A DNA stretch of 64,000 nt, taken from NCBI GenBank assembly GCA_951804945.1, contig OX638149.1:117056001-117120000 (forward strand), read 5' to 3'. Both the position numbers and the translations under genes were made by a program. Below, piece after piece: positions 62,794-64,000 of this stretch (position 1 is its first letter; every line of letters begins with the position of its first letter). This DNA comes from Podarcis cretensis (lineage: Eukaryota). Under the pieces are notes generated by a model that worked only from the letters and a program-made list of their open reading frames with translations, made no database searches and was not told the DNA's origin.

Positions 62794-63859
62794 GTCAGTT
62801 GGCAGCCTCCATGGTATTTATTTTTCTTCTTAAGCCCATAAGCTCTTGGTGTTTTCTGATGGTCTAATTGCGCTAGAATACTCATTAATTGCTATTACTT
62901 TTCTACATTGGGTGATGAAATCCAGTCCCACGTTATTTATTCATAGGACTTGCAGGACTGTAAGACTGTAAGACTAGGAAAATAGTAGGCAATTCTTCTG
63001 AAGCTGTTCATTACTTGACATTTCTCTTATTAAAAATGTTCTGCTGTTTACTAAACTCTTTAATAATGCCGCTTTATGCATACTTGAAGAGGCAAAAATA
63101 GTGATTGTTTGAAAAAGACATCTTCCAGATGTTTTTCTGTAAATGCTAAGCCTTCTGAAAAAGTTATATTATCTTTTCATAGCTTTTTTATATAAATAAT
63201 TAGTGCTCGTACTTATTGTTAACAGTGCATAAAAAATTCATCCATTAAAAACATGTTTTGCAAATAAATCCATTAAAGACTGCTTCAAAAGTTAGAAAGT
63301 GTTTAATGCTTCCCAAAACTTGAAGATATAGCTGCATTTGTGAGAGTCTGATCAGATATGCAATATATTGAGTGCCTGCTTTTTCTTACATGGAGCTGCT
63401 ATCCATGTAAGGACTCTTTGAAATGCTTTTCCCCCTTAACAATATCACATTAAAGGCATCCAAGGTGAAGGATTGCAACCAATTGTGTAATATATTGTTC
63501 CAACCTTTCTGGCTTGTACATCTTTGGTAGCTTGGTGTGAAATCATCAAATTTTGGGCTGTTAACATAAAAGGCGATAATGCATATTTTGCAGCTAATTC
63601 AATGCTTTCATATTCCTTTCTCTTTGCAAAATAACAGCTTTATGTGCTACCTTAACGTATGCATACTTCACACCTCCATTCTTTTTGTACTACTTCTACC
63701 ATATAAATGCTGTACCGGGAAAATGGAATGGATTCATCAGCATCCGCTGCATAATATTATTCAAACCCAGATCTGTATCTTGTTATGGAAGAGAAATTAT
63801 TACTTAACATCTTTTCTTCTCTTGCTTTCATTATTTTGTCCCTTCGAATGGCATTACAG

Positions 63860-64000
63860 AGCCCAAAAAACCACCAGTATTTGATCAACCTCTTAAACCG
63901 GCAACAATAGAAGAAGGTAAAATCTTGCAGCTCAGTTGCCATGTCAAGGGATCACAGCCCATCAGAATCCAGTGGCTAAAAGCTGGGAAAGAGCTAAGAT
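63860..64000 (+). CDS. TTN: TTN Ig exon 101, truncated by window end
   Basis: ttacag|; EPKKPPVFDQPLKPATIEEGKILQLSCHVKGSQPIRIQWLKAGKEL. Confidence 0.92.

Larger units (their letters stand above)
376..64000 (+). other. TTN: Titin (connectin) gene, I-band portion, partial at both ends (about human exons 42-101)
   Basis: About 60 phase-1 exons encoding I-set Ig domains (PP.F...C...G.P...W.K....D.G.Y.C.A.N), plus recognisable Novex-1/2/3, exon 47 and N2B peptides in the known order. Confidence 0.99.

Overview
Eukaryotic (vertebrate) genomic DNA: a 64-kb internal slice of the titin gene (TTN/connectin), + strand, covering the I-band region. Intronic SINE/MITE/LINE families look squamate, probably a lacertid lizard (inference). 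By protein similarity and exon size the window holds the equivalents of human TTN exons 42-101 (human numbering recalled from memory, not searched). In order: proximal Ig exons, Novex-1, Novex-2, an extra Novex-like Ig exon (8429-8950) with no human counterpart I recognise, exon 47, the 8.4-kb terminal Novex-3 exon, a long cardiac N2B exon (3864 nt), then about 50 single-Ig phase-1 exons arranged as three 6-exon and three 10-exon super-repeats leading to N2A. Most interesting: (1) a putative RNA-structure switch between exon 47 and Novex-3, where an AATAAA sits inside a sequence complementary to two alternative downstream elements, each ending near a near-consensus unannotated 5' splice site; (2) the extra Novex-type exon and candidate mini terminal exons; (3) a hidden ~74-aa tandem repeat in the N2B 'unique' sequence; (4) systematic non-consensus (+3 pyrimidine) donors across exons 52-100. 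No prokaryotic features, rRNA, true tRNA or CRISPR arrays. All boundaries were read by eye; there is no expression evidence.
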